DNA of 63,308 nucleotides, filler included, from Olpidium bornovanus S191 (GCA_017911155.1; 28 parts of 28 records of this genome joined end to end with filler, not necessarily neighbours in it); one strand, 5' to 3'. Counted from the whole stretch's first letter, positions 27,420-40,163 are shown. Numbers and translations: made by a program. Notes: generated by a model not told the origin, from the letters alone.

Positions 27420-28951
27420 TTTGCCGCGCATCGCTTTACCATGGAGTAAAGCTGGGGAGGGGGGGGGTGGGGGTGGGGGGGAAGGTGTGGGGAAGGGGCA
27501 TTCTGGAACTGCTTTTTGCAGTGCTTCTACAGGAATGAGAAGCAAACGCCCCCTCAAATCTGCACCGCCCCCCCCCCCCCCCCCCCCCCCCCCCCNNNNN
27601 NNNNNNNNNNNNNNNNNNNNNNNNNNNNNNNNNNNNNNNTTAATTAATTAANNNNNNNNNNNNNNNNNNNNNNNNNNNNNNNNNNNNNNNNNNNNCATGC
27701 AAAAAAACTACCATACCTGGCGTTCGTATCAAGATTTTATGAGCAGCCAGTTTAAAATAAACCCTGTTATTCTTGTAGTGGGCGCTCCGTTATCCCATCG
27801 ATGCACTGCCTCTGGTTGATGTACCGCTCGTACCGCGCGTTCTTCTCGGCGCTCCCTCGGTCGGTAGGGAAAGGTTACAGATCAGTAAGTCAAGGCAGAC
27901 GTCGTAGAATACGAAAATGAAGCCGAGTTTGAAAGAGCACCCCGCATCGCAAACTGACCAAAGAAGAGCCTGTGGCCGGAAGGTTCCGCGGATATGACGT
28001 CGGGACGAGGCGACAGAGTATTCTCAGCTTGACGGAAGCGGTCGTTTGAGAATTGCAAGTTTGACGAGGATCAGGCAGAAAATGTCGCCCACTTTAGCAA
28101 GGCTGAGAAACCGCAGCATCTAAATGTTGGCAGCTACGCCCAAGGGCAGTGCCACCGGCCACAGAGACGTACTCGGGTGGGTGTTTGTGGGTATGTGCGT
28201 GTGGGGGAGGGGGGGGGGGGGGGGGGGGGGGGGGAGGAGGTGGCAGTGCGTGGAAGGCCGGAACCGGGAGTTCTGACAATATGACAATAAGTCGAACAGC
28301 TCACTTTGCCGACTTCTGTTCGAGTGCGCCGTTCGTCCTTGTGTTTCGCAGACGCTGCAAGGAGACGAGGGGCTGTGGAACCTGGCAGTATCCGGTTGGG
28401 CAGCTTTTCCCGGGCATTTTAAAAAAAAAGCCGCCGGTTGTTTTCGGGCTTTTTGTATTTTTGGTGTCGCGGCCACGCGGCCGGGATTAAAAGGCGAAAG
28501 TCTCCGCATTCGACTACCGGGCACCCAAAGCCTCGGGCCAATTAATTCGGCATCGTGGCGTTAGAATTCGAAATTGAAAGTCAAATTCCGCCATATCGGC
28601 GGTTAGCCCCGTCCCAGCATCGGGAGGGTGGCATACATCACGGTCACGGAGATGCTCAAATACCGGAAACCACAGTTCTCGTTTCCCCAAGTTCGATTCC
28701 CTTAGTTCTTCCCCCGTTCCGTTGAGCGGAAATCGGATCCCCTAGCTCAGCCACATAACCCGTCCTTACCAAAATGCCCGGAATGGCCACCGTTTTCCCC
28801 TCTCAAGTCTTGATTTTCAAGGCCATGGTAAACGAAGGCGGCTTCTTGGAGTTGACGGGCCCAGCATTTTTTCGTAGGGAGAGTTAGTGCTCACTCCACA
28901 GCACTTTTGCACCCACATAGCTCCGAAATGATATCCGCCGGTTTGCCCTAG

Positions 28952-29662
28952 CCGAGCACGCTGCTAACTTGGAACACGTAATGGAAATGGTTCGCTACCA
29001 CTTCGACATCGAGGAGGGCGAGTGCTTCAATGTGTATTACGTGAACTCGATCGGCGACATGCTTGGACTGTGGTCGGCGGAGGACTTTGCCGATGCGTGC
29101 AGCCACGCCAAGGTGAAGAGCGATCTCGAACGGGACAAGGTGAAGAGCGATCTCGAACGGGAACTTGTTCTGGTCGTTGACCGTGGTAAGTTGGAGATAC
29201 TGTCATTTCTGAAGTACGCTAGCTATGTGCGAACTAAATGTTCGCCGTTCCGAAATAGCAGGTCTAGAGCCGGAAATGGAGCTTCCTGCAATCGCCCCCA
29301 TTACCGGACGCATGGAGCGGCTGGAAACCGACCTGCTGAACAGTATAAACGAAGTGAATGCTATCCTCGACAACGAGGTAAACGCATCTTCCCCTCCCCG
29401 CCAGCTTCCGCGCTGGTTGGCCGTCGAGGGATTATATTACGAGACGGTGCGCGGCGATCCGCCCAGTGCGCTGAGCGACGTCGAGGAGACGGAATTGGAA
29501 TCGGTTCTCCTTCCTTCCCCCCGGCAAACCGTGACGACTTTCATGAACAACTCGGGAGCTCCACAACTCTCGCCCCTTGCGACCCCTGCGGATGTTATCT
29601 ACGAGGAGGACTTCGAGCCCTACACTGACGACGATGACGACAATGAAAACTCCGACGACATG
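28952..29662 (+). CDS. Hypothetical protein with PB1-like domain and acidic tail, partial
   Basis: FNVYYVNSIGDMLGLWSAEDFADA resembles the PB1 OPCA motif (YxDxxGDxxxLxSxEDL). A GTAAGT donor near 29185 and an acceptor near 29262 lead to an acidic exon. Confidence 0.45.
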
Positions 29663-29762
29663 NNNNNNNNNNNNNNNNNNNNNNNNNNNNNNNNNNNNNN
29701 NNNNNNTTAATTAATTAANNNNNNNNNNNNNNNNNNNNNNNNNNNNNNNNNNNNNNNNNNNN

Positions 29763-30716
29763 AGGACCGGTCCGATCCGTGGCGGACAACAGCGGGCCCC
29801 GGAGGGTTTTCTGCTGTCCGACGATCTTCTCGACTTTGCGCCTGCGGAGCCGGCGCTCTTCCAGGGTGGAAACCAGGGCCATGGTCTCGACCCGAGCAAT
29901 CGATGGAGCGGAGATCACGAGGCGCGACATGCACTTTTCAGCGCCGGCGCGGAGTTCCAGCTGGGCGCGCAGCCGGACGAAAAGCCGCCGAACAGCCAGA
30001 GTTTCGTCTGGGAGATTGACCCGTCGGTGGATTTCCGGGATTTCGAGCCGGGCCCTCTCAATCCGCCCGCGCTGGCCGACAGGTTGGAAGCCATATGTGC
30101 CGCCGCCGAGTTCGAAGGGCAGACGTTTCCGCCGCCGCAGACCGCGTCGGTTTACCGTCCTCAAGACGTGGGAAACGCCGCCGCGCGCGTCGCGCGACCG
30201 CAGGTTTGCGAAACCCTGGCGACTTGGCCAGAGCCCGCACTGTGCGCAGCCGACACTTTGGCTTCGACGTGCGCCCCCCACGGGTCTCCGAAACTCAAAG
30301 CGCAGCCGGCGGGTCTCACCGCCGCACGGGCGGCGGCGGCCCCCGGGCCCGCAGCCCAACGCCCCGGGGGCGGCCGGCTGCGCGGCGTCCGCAAAAGGAA
30401 AAAGAAGGACCCCAACGCGCCGAAACACCCCAGGTCCGCCTTCCTGTTCTACCTGAGCGACACACGCGCCGAGGTCGCGGCGCGCTGCCCGGAGGGGACA
30501 AAAATGCAGTCCGTCACCAGGTTCGTCGCGGACATGTGGAAGGGAATGACGGAGGAACAGAAACGGCCGTGGCTCGAAGTCAGCGACGCCGACAAGCGCC
30601 GGTACGCTGAAGAGATGGACGCCTACATCTCCCGGTTGGCCGCAGAACGCATTGTCACCGGCAGGGCGGCCGTGCCGCTGCCCGTTCAAAGCCCGGAGGA
30701 AGCCGACGGCAGATAG
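29763..30716 (+). CDS. HMG-box protein (HMGB/Nhp6-type box at C-terminus), probably 5'-partial
   Basis: RKRKKKDPNAPKHPRSAFLFYLSDTRAEV..VTRFVADMWKGMTEEQKRPW..SDADKRRYAEEMDAY (box ~30408-30625). The frame stays open upstream of 30027, at least back to ~29880. Confidence 0.9.
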   Translation, partial: RTGPIRGGQQRAPEGFLLSDDLLDFAPAEPALFQGGNQGHGLDPSNRWSGDHEARHALFSAGAEFQLGAQPDEKPPNSQSFVWEIDPSVDFRDFEPGPLNPPALADRLEAICAAAEFEGQTFPPPQTASVYRPQDVGNAAARVARPQVCETLATWPEPALCAADTLASTCAPHGSPKLKAQPAGLTAARAAAAPGPAAQRPGGGRLRGVRKRKKKDPNAPKHPRSAFLFYLSDTRAEVAARCPEGTKMQSVTRFVADMWKGMTEEQKRPWLEVSDADKRRYAEEMDAYISRLAAERIVTGRAAVPLPVQSPEEADGR

Positions 30717-32305
30717 CCTTCAAAGGAATACCCGACAGCCGGCTACACACCTCGCCGTCCCTTCCCCCCCCCCGCCCTCTTCTTCCCCCTGCCGGCAAAC
30801 GCAACAAGTCGTTAGAAAGCCGTATGTCTTCCAGAGTCCACTCGGACACTTTATAACTCGTCGCTCGCCTTTTCTTCCATTTTTCATTCCCCCCATCGCC
30901 ATTGCTATCTTTTCGACTTCGCTAGCGGCCACTGCGCTCGCTTCACTGGCAGTCTTGCCGCTGGAACTTTGCTTTCCTCAACTTCGGAACTCCGCCGCGA
31001 AACATAATCGTTTTTTTGCGTGTAGATTGCATAGAAACATCCGCGCACCGCATCTTCTTTTTTTTTTCGCGACCGTTTTCGCAATCTGCAAATTTAGATG
31101 TGTACAAATAACAGCACAGTAGCTGGTACGAACCCTGCCGTACCTTGTTTTTTCTTTTTTTTGTTTTTTTTTTTCTTTTTTTTCTTTTTTTTGTTTATTT
31201 TTTTGCGCTGTCTAGGCACTTAAAAAGAAAGGCGCCTGTCATTTGACAGGTTAATCGCCAGAAAGGGGTCCGAGGGGCGCCATTGTTTTGTTTCCCCGCC
31301 GTACCGGACCGCCCCTGTGACCTGGCGCGCCTCCGAACCTCTAAAAATTAACGAGGATAAGCTTTCCCCTCCGCCTCACCCCCCTTCCCCTCATCCTCCC
31401 TCTCACCCCGACGCCACCGCCCCATCCCCCCACCCGCCCTCCCGCTTCCCCCCTCCCTTTCCCTTCCCCCCACCCTCTTACGCCTCCCTTACCCCGCGTT
31501 GCCCGCATTACGTCATTCCGGAGGCACGTCATCTGGGGAGCGAGTGGACGGGCGGGAGGGGAGGTGGGGGGGTAATGAGGAGGAATCGCTCTCACCTATA
31601 CCCCTGGCGCCACGGTCGCGAAAATGAGCAGACGCTCAAACGAATGCGCGTCTGTTCGACGCGCCGCCGTTTTTCTTGAGGCAACTCTCCGTCTTTTAAA
31701 TTTCGTGAAGCGAAAAATCGCAAATTTGACACTGCGGGCTCCATGATCTTTTCGGGTCAAAACATGCTCGTTGACTTTGTGAACAATCGCGCTTCCCTAT
31801 ACAAATCCCAATGAACCTCACTATCGTTCACACCGCCAACGAAGCATGCCATGACACCTACACCGTCACAGTTGACGCCCATGGTTCCCCGGAAACTTCC
31901 ATGCACTTCGGCTTTTCCCTTTGCTCACGGCGTTGCAGCACGTTGCGACAATCGTACAGAGAGAGAAAGGGAGAATGCAACGATGCGCGCGAGAGAAAGA
32001 AGAGCGACATTGCAACGAGAGAGACGAGAAGGCAGCTACGGCAGAGGCCAAGCGCGCCGGCGCGCCGTGCAGGGAGAGGGCATCCATGCCAGGTTTGACG
32101 ACTTCGAAGTAAGCACTGCGTGAGGGGAAGCTATCAACTTTGCCGCGGTCAGCGCCGGCGCCACCTTCCGTCGGAGCGTTTTTGGCACTTCGTCCTCCAG
32201 TGCCCNNNNNNNNNNNNNNNNNNNNNNNNNNNNNNNNNNNNNNNNNNNNTTAATTAATTAANNNNNNNNNNNNNNNNNNNNNNNNNNNNNNNNNNNNNNN
32301 NNNNN

Positions 32306-33726
32306 TAGTATTGGCGGTCCGAACTGGACCTACCAGACCCAAAATTTGGTTTAGAGATATATCCCCGCAGCCGAACTTGCCTGAGACGGAATGTCAAGAA
32401 CGTCAGGTTTTACAAAAAAGGGCATGCGCGTACGCGTTCTCCTCCGGCGAAACCGGGATAGTACCTCCGCAGCTCGTCGTCGTCGTTCTCCTTCTCCGGT
32501 ATCAGTACAATGTCAAAGGGCATGATGGCCAAAAGCGCCTTGGCGCCAAAAACGTTCGAAATGTTTTCACGGAGCGATTTGCTCCCAGGCGTGGACAGAA
32601 AGACCTGGCGAGCACTGAGAAGCAAATAAGTAATGAACGCGCCATACACCCAGAGAGTGCGACGCGGGCGGCACCGGGAGACCCAGACGGCCTCCCTGAG
32701 CTAAAGCTTACCCTTTCCCTTGCTGATGCGTACATCGGATCCTGACACCCTCTGAAATAAGGGCGTAGGCCTGAATCATATTAAGCGCCTTTGCATATTC
32801 CCTCTTCAAATTCCTGAGGAACTCCTTCCGTCTGACCGGCAGTGGGTGGAAAAGCTTGCTGACACACACGGTGGTCCCTTTCTTGGTGGAAAGACCAAAA
32901 CAGAAAGGCAGATGAACCCCGTTTCAAGCACCAGAGGCTTTGCAAGCGAAAAGAAAAAAACATATCCATTCCCCACCCCCTTCATACGCACCTCCCTCGC
33001 GACAGGTGTTTGGTTGACCAGCGCGCCTCGCGCGTCAAACTCAAGCATTGTTCCTGCAGGTGCCTGGCCATCCGTGCAGGTTTTGACGGTGAGCACCTCG
33101 GCGAGGGAGCACAGCGAGTTAAGGGCTTCCCCGCGGAAGCCAAAGGAGCGCAGGTTGGCGAGATCGCTGAAGACGGAAAGCTTGGAAGTGTGGTTTCGGA
33201 GGGCTGGGAGAGCAAGAGAGACAGGGGGCGGCGAAAGGGCCGTCAGCTTACCCCGGTCCTGGCCGGTTTCACTCCGCTTTGGCAACGGCCAAAGCTCGCG
33301 TTTTGGGAAAAACGCCGTGGCGCTCACCGAAAGAAGCGTAGTCCGCGGGATCGACGCCCCGACCGTTGTCGGAAACCTCCACGCAATCTGCACCGTAGTC
33401 TTTGAACTTTATCTCTGCACGCGGAGGAGTACGACGGGGGAGGAAAATCTGGCATCAGCTGACGGGTCGGTTATGGGCGAAGGCGTGCACGTTTTGGCGG
33501 AACAGTCCGAGGTTTTCCGTTCCGCCGTCCTCTGCCCCCCATCCGCCATCCCCGGTCCCCCCCGCACGAAAGCCCGGAATAACGCACCGACCGCGGTGGC
33601 TCCCGCGTCGAGGCTGTTCTCGAGAAGCTCCTTTGTGGCTACGGCGAGGTCGAGCACCACCTGGCCCGAACATATCCTCAACACGGCGGACTTTTCGATC
33701 GGCAGGATCTTCGCCTCCGAGGACAT
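32306..33726 (-). CDS. PMS1: MutL-family mismatch repair protein PMS1/PMS2, N-terminal ATPase region, 3'-partial
   Basis: Exons 33726-33588, 33414-33328, 33203-32992, 32881-32712, 32614-32465 and 32380-32306 join in frame. They give [67 protein letters not shown] and GRSSSDRQY. Confidence 0.95.
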
Positions 33727-34859
33727 TTTCTTTTTTTTTCCCCCCGGCGTCTGGGCGGATTTTCTTGTGTGCGCGGTGGTGGCGGGTGGTGGAAAGGGGA
33801 ACGAGGGGCAGAAGAGCGTGGGCGGCCTCGCTTTCGCCGCGCCCTTGGTCACGCGAAAAAGGACCCGCGCCGCTCGTGTGCGTTGGGTTGGGTTTGGTGC
33901 GCTTCCGCCGTTGCCCCGCCCCGCGGGTCCCCGCTCCGACGCGGCGCCCGCGGGCCCGTCGGTGTGCCGGGCGGCCTGGCGTGCAGCCCGCCTTTCCTCG
34001 GTTCCGGAAAACGCGTGTGCGTTTTTCTGTTGGCGCGTGGAACGGGCGCGGCAGTGGAGCTGGAGTTTTTCTGGCGGTGCCGAAAGACTTTGGGGCCCGC
34101 ACGTTCGCCATGCTCAAGCCACAGGAGAGCGGGGCGGGGCGACGCCAGCGGGCGGGGTGGAGCCACGGCCCGCGGGAGCGGTCAGAAATGCAGCCCCCCA
34201 TCCCAGCCTAGGCGTCAACGCATCGTTGGCGCCCAGGACAAGTGCCAAGTCAAAATCTTGGCCGTCGCAGTGACTGAAGAGACAGGGCCGCGGATGGCGA
34301 AAAGGGGGGGCGGAATTGCAGAGCGACGCCGGCGATGCGAAGTGCTCGAAATCCCTCCTCCAGCTCTCACGCAATGCTTGTGGTCTGCTGCGCGCGGGGC
34401 GTTGCCTCCACCGGGTGAGGGAAGGGAGGGCAGGGAGCACGGGGAGTGAGGCGGCAGGGTTAGGGAGCCGAAGGGGCCACATGGTCGGTTGCGCGCTGCC
34501 CGGAAGTGACTTGAGATCGGATGGCACGAGGAGCGCGGAATCTCCCGCGAACGTCCCTGAAAATTTTCCTCAAAGAAGTGTGCAGGAGCCACGACCACCG
34601 GCCGGCGTTGGTTTTGACGTTTTAGACCAAAGGGGAGGGGCAACGTCGGAAGGAAAGAAGGGGGACGCACGCCTGCCACAAGGATAACATGTTCGCCATC
34701 CCGTAAAGCGGCAAATGCGGGGGAGGGGTCAAGGACGGGCCGGCTTGGGGGTAACATCATGGGCCTTCGGACCACCGGAAGCAAGGGCGGGTCAAAAGGG
34801 CATCTAGAGCAGAGTGCGCGTGCTCGGGAACGACCCTCGTCGCAGACCAGTGAGCATCT

Positions 34860-35383
34860 GGAACGATTGGGTTCCATTTCGACGGTAAACCGGACCTCTG
34901 GGTTCGTGTCTTCGGCGGTGGCGTACTTGACTGCTATCGTCTCTCCTTCTGGACGCGAATACAGCTTTACCAGCTGGGTGTCGAACGTCTGCTCGGATAC
35001 GCTTGCTTTTGCGTTCCCCTGAATTTTACCGGTGATGGAACTGTACCAATGGCCGTGTGCGAACGTTTTGATATCCTTCACGTATATGAGTACCGTTTGG
35101 CCCGGTTTTTCCAGTATCTGTGACCACACGTAAGTGTTTTGTGCATAGTACGTTGGCACATCTAGGAGGTACTCTAGGAACAGGCCGTACAATTTCCACT
35201 GGAGTCCCTATTTGTCCAGTAGGGACTTCATTGATTCCAAGTGGAGCGTTACCTCGAATCTGGTCATGGAGGTTTCCGTCGTGTTCAGGTATCCTATTAC
35301 GGACGCTGCCGATGGGTCTGAGAAACAAGTTTCCGATAAGCGATCCGTATGGTTTCCTCACGGCGCAGCTGGTAAGCAATTGA
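34860..35383 (-). pseudogene. Unidentified intronless protein-like fragment with one in-frame stop
   Basis: ..TETSMTRFEVTLHLESMKSLLDK*GLQWKLYGLFLEYLLDVPTYYAQNTYVWSQILEK..WYSSITGK..; TAG at 35210-35208. Visibly less GC-rich than the flank. No family recognised. Confidence 0.3.
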
Positions 35384-37431
35384 NNNNNNNNNNNNNNNNN
35401 NNNNNNNNNNNNNNNNNNNNNNNNNNNTTAATTAATTAANNNNNNNNNNNNNNNNNNNNNNNNNNNNNNNNNNNNNNNNNNNNCATGGAGTTATAATGGA
35501 AATATAAAATCCGGGTTTTCTGTTGAAACGCACCAAAAATGTATCAATCGAAACTTTGTGCAGGAGAACCGTGACAGAGAACAACGAGAGAAATGAAAGT
35601 AAAGGAAGAAGGAGAAAAAGTCGGAATTCCGGCATTTTTTTGGAAAAACCGGTCGTCCTATGACAGCCACAATGGCACCGATTCCCGTGCCACCGTTCTC
35701 GTGCGAAAGTGAGTTGCCGGAACGAGGTGCAGATGTGGTACATATTTGAGCTGCACAGTCCTGAAATTCAGGCACTGCATCCACTGGCTAAGCCAGAATT
35801 AGACAAACTGGCAGATGAAGTGGCTAATTCTCTTAGGTTAGGGCCTACGCAGGTCATCTTCAGGCGTCGGGGTTTGTGCGTACAAGGTAGCATAAAATAG
35901 AAAAATGCCCGTTGTCACGTACCCAAAACCCGGCGGGACTGCCTTTTGATTCATCTTTAAAGTGCCCCCCGCCGGGAACAGCGCCAATTTCTTTTTTTTT
36001 TTTTTTGGTTCTTCGAGAGCCTCGCTTGCTCTCCGCGGGTGCCGAGGGCTCCACAGCCCACGCAGAACCCCGGAACGGTCTTGGCTCCCCACGAATCAGC
36101 GGTTCTCCATTGTTTTCCCGCTTTTGCGGGTAGCCATTTTGCGATTTTGAGAGGGCAGGCGGGGGAAGAGGGGAGGGGGGGGAAAGAGAGAGCAAAGCCG
36201 TCTGGCCGCGTACAAAGTGCCTGCATTTGGCCAAATGGGAAAAATTGCGGTCAAAAAGTCACACCGGGCTCAGTGCTTGCAAAGATTCTCGTTCCGACCG
36301 AGAATACCACCAATCGGTGTGGGATTGATCAAACCGTGTTTCAAAGATCCCCCCCCCCACGCCTTCCCCGCCCCCCAAATGTGCTTACGAGGTTCGAGAT
36401 CCCTTCGACAAGGTGTTTTTATGTGCAGGTAGAAGAAGAAAAATAGGCCTTGCAGCGGCTGGTCCTCGTCAACCCTCGATTCGTCCCCCTTTCCCCCGTT
36501 CTCTCCCCCCTCCCCCTCCCCCAACCCCCCGTTTTCTTCGCAAGTCGCAGCAGCGTGACGCAACGGAACACCTGGCCTGCGGCGCGTTTCCTTCGCAGAA
36601 GGGGAAGGGGCGAAAGGCGAACAATCCCCGGCACAGGGGGGTGGTGGTGTGAGGTGGGGGCGTAGTGCACTGATGCATTCAATGTAATCTATAAAGAATA
36701 CAGTGTAATTAAATATCTATATAAGTATAAAGTAGTGTTCAATGAGGGTAGACGATGATGACCACTTTCCTTGGATCATAACCCCGCGGAAAGCTTCGTC
36801 TCGAGGCGATTACGAAGGCGGGAGGAGGAGGTGAGAGCTCGCAGGAGGCTTGTTAGAAACGGCCAGACTGGGTCGCGCGATATCCGGATCACAAATTAAC
36901 TTTCGCAGCAACCGTCCCTGCAATCTTCGCCGTCCTGCGGCCCTCGCCACGGAATCCGGCAATAAAGTCAGTTTCGGCATGTCCAAGGCGAACTCCTCTG
37001 CCGTGCCTGTCGCGTCTGCCGCCGTCATCTTGTTTTCTGACGACGCCGGTTTTCCAAATCTCGAAAGGCAGACTGTAAAATTGCTGGCGGAGAAAGTCGA
37101 AGGCGGTCATCGGTTTCCGCGTTTCGTAGGATCACGGGCGCAATGGTCCACAATAATGACCGCCAAAAATAACACTGTTCTCCCTGTCCCTTCCCCCCCT
37201 TGCCCCCCGCTTCTCGCGCAAACCGTTTGCCAAAAATTGTCTTGATTGAAAATTGGCCAGCTTGCAAATCGGCGTCACCGAATCGCCGACAGCAATTAGC
37301 GGGGTAAGATTTTTCTTTTTCCTGTTTGATACATGGGGCCTTGCCCGTCAATACGTGGTAATTTTTGTCCTTTGATGCGCGGTGTGTCTGTATTAAAAAG
37401 TGGAGGACGGCCGGAGGCCTCCGAACGAAGT

Positions 37432-37899
37432 TCAAGTTCTGCGGGGGTTTATCGCTTCAGTCCGTTGCTCGTACGGGATCCACGACAACGCAGATTTCCT
37501 CGCTTACCGATACGACCCGTTAATCGAGACGTACTCGTGGCTCAAATCGCAGGTCCACACGGTAGCGTTTTTTCCACCCGAATCCCCCAGGTTGATGGTC
37601 AGGCCGATGTCCTCCTCTTGAAGGATCCTGCTGGCGGCTTCCTCGTCGAACAACCGCGGTTCGCCCTCCTCCAGAAGCGACAGCGGGTGCGCCTCTTCAA
37701 AGCTGGTCAGACCGTCCGGATTCCAGAGCGACAGCGAAACTCTCGACGGGTCCACCAGCCCGCGGACGCCGGGCGTGTACCCCACCGCGCAGAGGACCCG
37801 GCCCCAGTTGGCGTCGCGGCCGTAAATGGCGGTCTTGACGAGAGCCGACGACGCCACAGTCTTTGCCACCGCGTCGGAAATTTCAAAAGTGGGCGCGTT
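37432..37899 (-). CDS. ARG7: Ornithine acetyltransferase ArgJ/Arg7, C-terminal part
   Basis: Exon 37899-37508 encodes AKTVASSALVKTAIYGRDANWGRVLCAVG..NATVWTCDLSHEYVSINGSYR. A 7-nt terminal exon at 37438-37432 completes R-T-stop. Confidence 0.95.
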
Positions 37900-37904
37900 C
37901 TGTC

Positions 37905-37953
<49 letters not shown>

Positions 37954-38062
37954 GGGGGCACANNNNNNNNNNNNNNNNNNNNNNNNNNNNNNNNNNNNNN
38001 NNNNNNTTAATTAATTAANNNNNNNNNNNNNNNNNNNNNNNNNNNNNNNNNNNNNNNNNNNN

Positions 38063-39505
38063 CATGGGGGTCGGCTGCTCCGGGGCGGTCGTCTCAGCAG
38101 GCATATAAGGCGCTGCCGGACCGCTGGTCGTTTGCGTGAGGCTTGTGAGCCAGCCTTGTGCTGCCTGGCGGACATCGAGGTTTCTGCAGGAGGCGATGAT
38201 AGCCTGGAGTCGGCCGCGATATAGGTCACGGGCCCGTTGTTGGGCGTCCTGGTCACCTGAGCCAGTTTGCCGCTGGTATGTTGAGGGGGCTGCCGGATCA
38301 AACTTTTCCGGTGGTAGGCCGCAGGCCGTCAGGCAGGTGGAGATCGCCTGTACGGACTGGGCGTAGGTCCAGAGTTCCGCCAGCGACCCGCCGACGAATC
38401 TGATCTCTGGGATCTGTTGAGTGTCGATCCCTAGATTCCGCAAGTCACCGCGGAGCTCCCCCACCGGTTTCCTGCGCATTGCCACGTAGATGCGCTTCAC
38501 CGGGCGCGCCGTCCGCGGGCTTGTGGGGGCCTGGTTTGATCTGCGTTTGCTACTGAGCTTTGCGGCGATGCGCATCATCTCTGCTGTCGGTGGGGCGGAC
38601 GCGTCGGCCACCGGGCGTGGCGTCGACGCGACTGCGGCGTACGAGCGAGGCGGGTGAGGGGCTCCCGAGGCGGGCTGCAGAGTCCCATCCTGCGGGGGAT
38701 GTTCGTCCGTCTGCTGAGGGGCGGTCGGTGCGCTGGGGCCCTCGGCCGGGCCTGGGCGTGGTCCGTGCGTTTGCTGCCGAGGGCGGCGAGAGGCCGCCTT
38801 TTTTCCGGCAGGTCCCCGGGCCGGTGGTTGTACCGGGCCGGCTGGAGTCGGGTGGGTGGTGGGGTCAGCCGAGACTTGCCGGGCAGGGGCCAGCTTTGGC
38901 CGGCGGGCCGCCAGCTCCGCCCGGAGACGTTCGTTCTCCCGTTCCAGCTGGCGCACCCGATTGCGGAGTGTCTGGAGGGCCTTGGAGTCGGTTTGCTGGC
39001 GCACATCAGGGGCGTGTGCCGAGGGGGCACAAGGACGTTTCCGGGGGGTCTCCTTGACGAGGATCTGGGAGTCCTGGAAGGGCCATGAGTGTCGGAGAAC
39101 TGACCGGGGTTCTGGGGACGGAAATCCCCGGGCTGAAGCTGAATCCAGGGCTGGTGCTGGGTTCTGCTCCAACGCACCCCGGCCTCCCCGGGGTGCGCCC
39201 GTGCCGGTTCCGGCCTCCCCGGTCGCCGACAATCCTTCAGAACTTCTTCGAATTGCATTTTGTACCTTTCTTTGTCTAACCCACTTGTCCACATTCTCGC
39301 TCGAGGGGGGGTGTCGCTCTACGCCGTATATATATGGTAGAATTTTACGAGCTCGAATAAAATGCCACCTGGCGGAATTCCCAAACACAAGCAAAATGAT
39401 CTGCCCCGATCCGCATCTTTGGTACCCCCCACGCAATGCCGGCGGAGGTCCATCACCGACATCAGAACTTTTCATCCATCCGATGTTTGTTGTCGAGCAT
39501 CCCAA
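38063..39505 (-). mobile_element. Non-LTR retrotransposon ORF1-like frame (coiled coil, RSYAAVA linker, conserved core)
   Basis: Long intronless frame with ALQTLRNRVRQLERENERLRAEL, RSYAAVAS and core RIYVAMRRKPVGELRGDLRNLGID..IPEIRFVGGSLAELW (38500-38369). It resembles ORF1 proteins of LINE-like elements in early-diverging fungi (from memory, not from a search). Confidence 0.5.
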
Positions 39506-39887
39506 GAATCGATTGATCAGGGACTTACGATCATCGAACCGGCGAGTAGAAAAAATTCATTTCAAATGGAGACTTGGGCGGACTTACTTCAGCTCCTTCT
39601 TCAGTTTTCTTTTGCAATTCAGTTAGACATCGCCGACGCCTATCTTCATGTGAACATCCTTCCACGGGACCGGCGCCTCCTCCTCATCAATAATTCTTGA
39701 CCAAATCTACGAGCCGTTTGTGCTCCTGTTCGGTGTGTCGGCAGCCCCGCGCATTTGGACCAAGCTCATGAAAGTGCTGATTTCTGTATTGCGGCACCAG
39801 GGTGTAGTCGTCTTCGTTTACATCGACGATCTCATTCTGGGGACGTCAGCGGAAGAATGTGCGCGGAGCGCAATGCTGACAATTTAC
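39450..39887 (+). mobile_element. DIRS-type reverse transcriptase fragment, pseudogenised
   Basis: HPMFVV..KNRLIRDLR..N..VEKIHFK / METW..LDIADAYLHV / LLFGVSAAPRIWTKLMK..LRHQGV..YIDD (39819-39830). FKME, DAYxH and APRxxTK are DIRS-like RT signatures. There is a frameshift near 39566 and a stop at 39698. Confidence 0.85.
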
Positions 39888-40031
39888 NNNNNNNNNNNNN
39901 NNNNNNNNNNNNNNNNNNNNNNNNNNNNNNNTTAATTAATTAANNNNNNNNNNNNNNNNNNNNNNNNNNNNNNNNNNNNNNNNNNNNCCCCACCCCACCC
40001 CGAAACGAGAGAGAGAGAGAGAGAGAAACGA

Positions 40032-40033
<2 letters not shown>

Positions 40034-40099
<66 letters not shown>

Positions 40100-40117
40100 G
40101 TCTCTCTCTGTCTCTGT

Positions 40118-40160
<43 letters not shown>
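40034..40160. repeat. (CT)n microsatellite
   Basis: Seen directly. Confidence 0.9.

Positions 40161-40163
<3 letters not shown>

Noticed and set aside
30027-30716. Mating-type SexP/SexM or MATA-HMG gene
   Set aside because: The box begins DPNAPKHPRSAF, the HMGB/Nhp6 pattern rather than the MATA/SOX pattern, and no sex-locus neighbours are on the contig.
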